A stretch of 64,000 bases of DNA, taken from Candidatus Bathyarchaeia archaeon. GTDB lineage: Archaea > Thermoproteota > Bathyarchaeia > Bathyarchaeales > Bathycorpusculaceae. This document shows, piece by piece, positions 62,559 through 64,000 of this stretch; within the stretch, counting starts at the first letter, position 1; every line of letters begins with the position of its first letter. The translations under genes were made by a program, and so were the position numbers. A model generated the notes under the pieces. It ran no database searches. It was given only the letters and a program-made list of their open reading frames with translations, and was not told the origin of the DNA. The stretch is from the NCBI GenBank assembly GCA_050012255.1, contig JBEKHN010000001.1, positions 328,392 through 392,391 on the forward strand, in the 5' to 3' direction.

Positions 62559-62797
62559 CTGTGTTCTCTGTCCTCTCTGATGCTTTGTATTATGGTTTCC
62601 ATGGGGATTTTGTCAAGGGTGGCTTTTATGCTTCGTATTTCCTCTTTGAGCTTTTGAACTTGTTTTCTTTTTATTTCTTCTTCTATGGCCCTCCGTAAAA
62701 GCTCAGAGGGTTTAATGCCCAGCTGCTTCATCTTCTCCTTCATTGTTTGGGGGACTTTTACTGAAACGGTTTCGTACTTACCCATTATTACTACCAC
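62555..62797 (-). CDS. vapB: RHH-type antitoxin
   Basis: TVSVKVP..KEKM..SELLRRAIEEE..IREDRE; ATGA overlap with vapC. Confidence 0.85.
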   Translation of the reverse strand: MVVIMGKYETVSVKVPQTMKEKMKQLGIKPSELLRRAIEEEIKRKQVQKLKEEIRSIKATLDKIPMETIIQSIREDREHR

Positions 62798-62924
62798 TCT
62801 GTACTACAAGTTGTAAGAATATAAGGTTTACCATTATCTCGAAGGCCAGCGCGCGCTTATTAATGCTTTTACGTGCAAGCTTTTATAGTAAGTAACTTGG
62901 TAGTGGCTTGCGAGGCTGAAACGT

Positions 62925-63299
62925 GTGAAGTTGAACTGGAAAAGCGGAAAGACTGTGGCATACGTTTTGTTGACCGTAGGCGTCGTTGTGATTTTCTTCG
63001 CAGTCTTTGAGATGATATTTGTTTTCACAGGCAGCAGCGCTCCTCCGAAACTGTTCAATTTCTCGGACATTTCCTCAAACGGTACGCTGGTGATTTCAGG
63101 CCAAGACATGAACAAGGCTGCCGGCATGGCTTTTTGGTTCGTACTAATGGCTTTCATCATGTGGGCGGGTGGAAAAATTGCATCCTTAGGCGTCAACCTG
63201 CTGAGGGAGATTAAAGTCGAAATAAAAGGGGCTTTAAAGACAGTCGAAGAAAAAGAACCAGCAAAGACCGAACCGGCAAAGACCGAACCGAAGAAATAG
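62925..63299 (+). CDS. Two-TM membrane protein
   Basis: Two hydrophobic helices; EPAKT repeat tail; flanked by motifs at 62848 and 63320. Confidence 0.7.
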   Translation: MKLNWKSGKTVAYVLLTVGVVVIFFAVFEMIFVFTGSSAPPKLFNFSDISSNGTLVISGQDMNKAAGMAFWFVLMAFIMWAGGKIASLGVNLLREIKVEIKGALKTVEEKEPAKTEPAKTEPKK

Positions 63300-63369
63300 T
63301 CATAAAGAGCAATTCTGGCAGCGCGCGTCTTTTGCCTCAGTTTCAACCTTCTAGCTATGTTTTTGTGTC

Positions 63370-63714
63370 TTGTTCTGCCGTGTTTGTTTGTCGGAGGAGT
63401 TTGCTTTGGTTTTCGGTCTAACTCGGAGGTCCAAATACGAAGAGGTGCAGAGGCAGAGAGACGAGTTACAGGCGTATATGAATGTCTTGTCGGGCGAGGT
63501 GGGGACTCTTCGAAAAGAGGTTGCAGAGTTAAGAAAGGAGACGAAGGCGTTTAAACAAAGAATCTGGCACCTTCAACGAGAGACGAACAGCCTGTGTGTT
63601 CAAAACGACGGACTCGCAGATCATGTTGAAATCCTTACTAAGGAAAGGGAGATCTTTCAAAAAACCATTGAAAGCCTTTGTCAAGCGACAAGGAAACAAA
63701 AGCACGCGCTTTGA
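63370..63714 (+). CDS. Coiled-coil hypothetical protein
   Basis: Heptad pattern; start uncertain; ends at decayed motif AGCACGCGCT. Confidence 0.55.
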   Translation: MFCRVCLSEEFALVFGLTRRSKYEEVQRQRDELQAYMNVLSGEVGTLRKEVAELRKETKAFKQRIWHLQRETNSLCVQNDGLADHVEILTKEREIFQKTIESLCQATRKQKHAL

Positions 63715-63770
63715 CTTCCAAGTAGCCTTTTATGGCTTCCTTAATGTTTTTTAAGGCTTCGTCTCTTGTT
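63711..63770 (-). pseudogene. HicB-family antitoxin fragment (~20 aa)
   Basis: TRDEALKNIKEAIKGYLEV between two motifs (63701 and 63771). Confidence 0.75.
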
Positions 63771-63861
63771 TAGCGCGCGCATGTGCTGGAATGATTATGA
63801 TGATTTGGCCAGAATCCCAGACTGTCTGTTAGCATTATGAGAGGGCTGTGGGTTTCTGGTC

Positions 63862-64000
63862 TCAGAAGATTCTTTTTATCCATGGAATTTTGTCGAAGTC
63901 ACCGTCGTTTGAGTAGATTTCCTTTAGGTTGAGCCTCTTCATCTGTGCGGCGATTACCATGTCGTCCCACATGGACCATGGCAGGTTGAGTTGTGATTGG
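63862..64000 (-). CDS. vapC: PIN-domain toxin, 3' end (partial at window edge)
   Basis: WDDMVIAAQMKR..EIYSNDGDFDKIPWIKRIF*. Confidence 0.85.
   Translation of the reverse strand, partial: QSQLNLPWSMWDDMVIAAQMKRLNLKEIYSNDGDFDKIPWIKRIF

Larger units (their letters stand above)
8899..63780. repeat. Dispersed palindrome (T)AGCGCGCGCT(A), ~25 perfect alternating CG runs of 8 nt or more
   Basis: Runs start at 8899, 9336, 9611, 11170, 12235, 14589, 14737, 23771, 30094, 30232, 30805, 32916, 33146, 35414, 35756, 40284, 42361, 44310, 49128, 57651, 57916, 58153, 60646, 62849, 63773. Confidence 0.92.

Noticed and set aside
1-64000. Integron, transposase or recombinase gene
   Set aside because: No tyrosine/serine recombinase or DDE motifs recognised, and no canonical attC structure.
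1-64000. tRNA or rRNA genes
   Set aside because: No cloverleaf or rRNA signature recognised by eye.

Overview
Archaeal DNA. TATA/BRE promoters, GGTGA/GGAG ribosome sites, VapBC pairs and DUF2341/dockerin/CARDB secreted proteins suggest Bathyarchaeia; this is inference, as no marker gene is present. The window is a cell-surface island with four parts. (1) Glycan genes: GT4 x3, GT2, epimerase, DegT aminotransferase, GNAT and hexapeptide acetyltransferases, flippase, CoA-ligase. (2) Large secreted proteins. (3) An isoprenoid-enzyme block: polyprenyl synthase, GGR-like reductase, B12 radical SAM, UbiA. (4) An exosortase (EpsH + Zn ribbon + EpsI-like + wHTH-like) near four VVPE-CTERM substrates, a cohesin-bearing subtilase, dockerin proteins and toxin-antitoxin modules. 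The most striking signal is non-coding. A palindromic (T)AGCGCGCGCT(A) motif occurs about 25 times as a perfect alternating CG run of 8 nt or more, plus many CG>TG/CA-decayed copies. It lies almost only between genes and exactly at the breakpoints of many gene fragments and duplicated segments, suggesting an undescribed palindrome-directed cassette/domain shuffling system. Also seen: a MITE-like element whose ends carry the motif, and a TAGAA-N5-TTCTA operator repeated upstream of secreted-protein genes. All family calls are from motif recognition by eye, with no database searches.
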